DNA of 64,000 nucleotides, from contig KZ538389.1 in the NCBI GenBank assembly GCA_000934665.2, forward strand, positions 1-64,000, in the 5' to 3' direction. The DNA comes from Catajapyx aquilonaris (Eukaryota). A model generated the notes under the pieces. That model was not told where the DNA came from and did no database searches. It saw only the letters and a program-made list of their open reading frames with translations. Within the stretch, counting starts at the first letter, position 1. Every line of letters begins with the position of its first letter. The position numbers were made by a program, and so were the translations under genes. This document shows, in pieces, positions 61,341 to 64,000 of this stretch.

Positions 61341-62283
61341 GAGAATTGGCAGAGCAAATAATGGGCACTGGTACAAAAAATGAAGATAAACATTATTATA
61401 TCACAAACATGAAGATTACGAATGATAAGGAACCAAATGAAAGTTTTCTCTGAGGTTGTGAATAGGTGCAAAGAAGTGAGGAGCCAAAAGCGTTATTTTG
61501 TAGCAATCCAAGGTTATGTTGTGTTAGCCCAAACTTAAACACAGAACTTTTTTCTCCCCTTATTCTCTTCAGTAGGTCAATTTTTGCCTTACATTTAAAA
61601 GTAACGGCTTGTACAGCAATAGTTACATAATGAAAGAGGTAGAAAACTTGAAAGAGCAATCCCCTCTCCAATGGAACAATATGTTATATAAATGTGTAAT
61701 CTGTATGCTTAAAATTCTGTGTGACATTTTGCCAATTGTTTCCTTCCTTCCAAAACGAAAGCCATTTAGTCTCAAATGCCGTGCAAGTAACTTGTTTGAA
61801 GGAAAAGAAAAACTCTGTGGCCTTGGTCAAAGAAAATCAAATCTTGAGCATGTGTCATTTTCGCCTGGGCAGAAAAAAAATCACTGTACAGTATATTTTA
61901 AACCGAGATGGGGTCTTTATGAAGGAAAAGGAAGAGCATTTAATGAAGACTTGCCAGCGTCACCCTTTTCCCTAACTGCACCAGTGGTGCCAACCGCTGC
62001 CTTCCACACACATTCCTCAAAACTTTGTCTTGGCAAAGCGGCATGTCAAAGAGAGCACATACGTGGCTGAAAGTAAGAAAATCTAAACATGTATGTGTTT
62101 CAACATGACTTCGCTTTTCCTTGTTACTATGTAATAGAGTTAATGGGTATTCCCATTGTGTTTAGTAGTTTCTTTGAAACCAAGTTTTTTGGAGAATGTA
62201 CAATGAATATAATATCTATAACTATTTCTTAATGACTGCCTCTCTAGACTGTCTGATGACTTTTCAGGGAACTCTTATTTAAA

Positions 62284-62306
62284 AAATAAATAAATAAATA
62301 AATAAA
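62284..62306 (+). promoter_or_regulatory. Cluster of AATAAA hexamers, candidate poly(A) signal
   Basis: Overlapping aataaa repeats about 950 bp after the stop codon; could also be a simple (AAAT)n repeat. Confidence 0.35.
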
Positions 62307-63069
62307 GATATATATAGTATATTGTACATAATTATGTACTTGGGATTAAGGGAGATGAATAAGTAAGAGCCTGTCTTACTTTGAAAACGATACTGTTGTA
62401 GTAAAGTTGTACTTCCCTTTGCCTTAATGAGAGAATTGTAAGAGTCATTACAGGAATGCTCAATATGTCACAGGTTAGTTGAAGAATATTGGGTGTGGAG
62501 GTACATATATGTTTACATAACTAATATATTAAAATTTCCTGTTTCACAATATGTAGCAATACTTTTTGTTAAACCACTTGAGTTGACATTGAACGTCCCC
62601 AGTCTTTCATTATTTATATTACATTGATATCTGTCCTAAATTTTTGTGCTTTGGCCCTGGTGCCTATGTTTCATCAGTAAATGTCCAGTGAATGCAGGCC
62701 ATGTTATGTTAATATTTATGTCAAGTACATTATTTGTCCTGATTTAGCTAGTAACATCTGTTGCAAATGGTGTTCCCACTTGTTTATTGCTTGGACTATT
62801 ATCTGTATGATTTTTATAAGCAGTAAAGCATATGCTGGAAGAAGCATACTGGATTAGTTTTACTTTAATTGATGTCAGACACAAAGAGTGTGCATTCAAA
62901 TTTATGAATTTCTTGCAAATGTTGGCAAATAAATGGTTAAACAACAGCTGTCAAAGACGTTGCCTTGCAGTTATGCCATCCCATACACAACGTTGAATCA
63001 AATTGAAGCTGATCAGGTATTATAGAGGGATGTGAAGAAAATGAGATGGAGGATAGAATGGGTCTTGAA

Positions 63070-63124
63070 TGTCTTGAGGGGAGGCAGACAAGTGAGAGCC
63101 ACTTGTCTGCCTCCCCTCAAGACA
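63070..63124. repeat. Perfect 25-bp inverted repeat with 5-nt loop
   Basis: TGTCTTGAGGGGAGGCAGACAAGTG-agagc-CACTTGTCTGCCTCCCCTCAAGACA. Confidence 0.95.
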
Positions 63125-64000
63125 GAAAACCTCGGTCACCCTTAAGAATATATTGTTCTGATGTTACAAGCATTTGTTTATTGTAGTGTCAGCGGTATTT
63201 GTAACCCATGTGATGCCAGCACCGAGGGGGTACTCACTTGACTGTAAAGTGTACACCGGAGTACCAAATTCAAGGAGTACCAAGCAGTACCAAACAGTAC
63301 CTGGGAGTACCAAGGAGTAGACCTACGCGGAAGCATTACTGAACACCTTAGGGCACTTTCAGTTTATATTCAGCTACGTATATGCATTAGCATACCGAAT
63401 ATCAGTACTGTACAAGTTGCACACTGTGGTGGTGAAAAGCTGTCGGCCAAAGGGGGCGCACTGCCTACTTCCCTTACGTGACGTCATTAGATGCACCAGG
63501 CAGGCGCGGGGAATATGAATTTACAGGCAGTTGAATGGAGTGTTGGCAGAAACACAGGCTATAATAATTATTATGTGGAAGGGTGCCGGGACCTGCCTTT
63601 AGAGTCTGCTATTATCGAGATCTGTTATAGACGAGGTTGTTATATCCGTCCAGATTCAACCGTATCATCATCATCGATCATATCAATTTATTATTGTCTC
63701 TCGCAGCAATCCACAAGTAGAGTATTTTTTTCAATAGAGCAGGATTTTAGCTATGACAAGTTTTAAGCGCTCTAAAAACAATGTGTATGCATGGTACACA
63801 GCGTTGTGCTAAAAACATGCAAATTGTGTATTGCATTGTACTAACTAATGTACATAATGCAGTACACAATTTGCTTTTTTTTATCGCAATGCTGTGTACC
63901 ATGGATACACGTTACTGTTGAGAGAGTGCCCCTTGAAGTATCAGTTCGAGAGTAACATCTTGTGATGATGGTGGTGGTGTACTGCAGACGGAATAATTTG

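Overview
Eukaryotic genomic DNA, probably arthropod (inferred from TTAGG repeats and the repeat landscape), not prokaryotic. The window is spanned by one + strand spliced gene, a type IV diacylglycerol kinase (rdgA / DGK-zeta/iota family). I traced 15 constant coding exons from 29968 to 61340 with GT-AG boundaries and consistent phases. They encode two C1 domains, a MARCKS-like basic region, the catalytic and accessory domains, ankyrin repeats and a C-terminal PDZ-binding motif (ETEV). A 5' exon lies at 5013-5487; the true gene start may lie upstream of the window. Two things stand out. (1) The 24-kb first intron holds several short ATG-initiated ORFs that end in phase-2 donors, all in frame with the shared acceptor at 29968, suggesting a set of alternative N-termini, one with a predicted myristoylation/palmitoylation signal. 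(2) A 7.7-kb TTAA-flanked Kolobok-like element in one intron is built almost entirely of serial and nested palindromes and carries a frameshifted THAP domain and a tRNA-like segment. The introns also contain many palindromic MITEs, three tRNA-derived SINE families, a solo LTR and a probable Helitron. Most entries in the ORF track are spurious. All coordinates were read by eye and repeat family assignments rest on terminal and TSD signatures, not on database searches.
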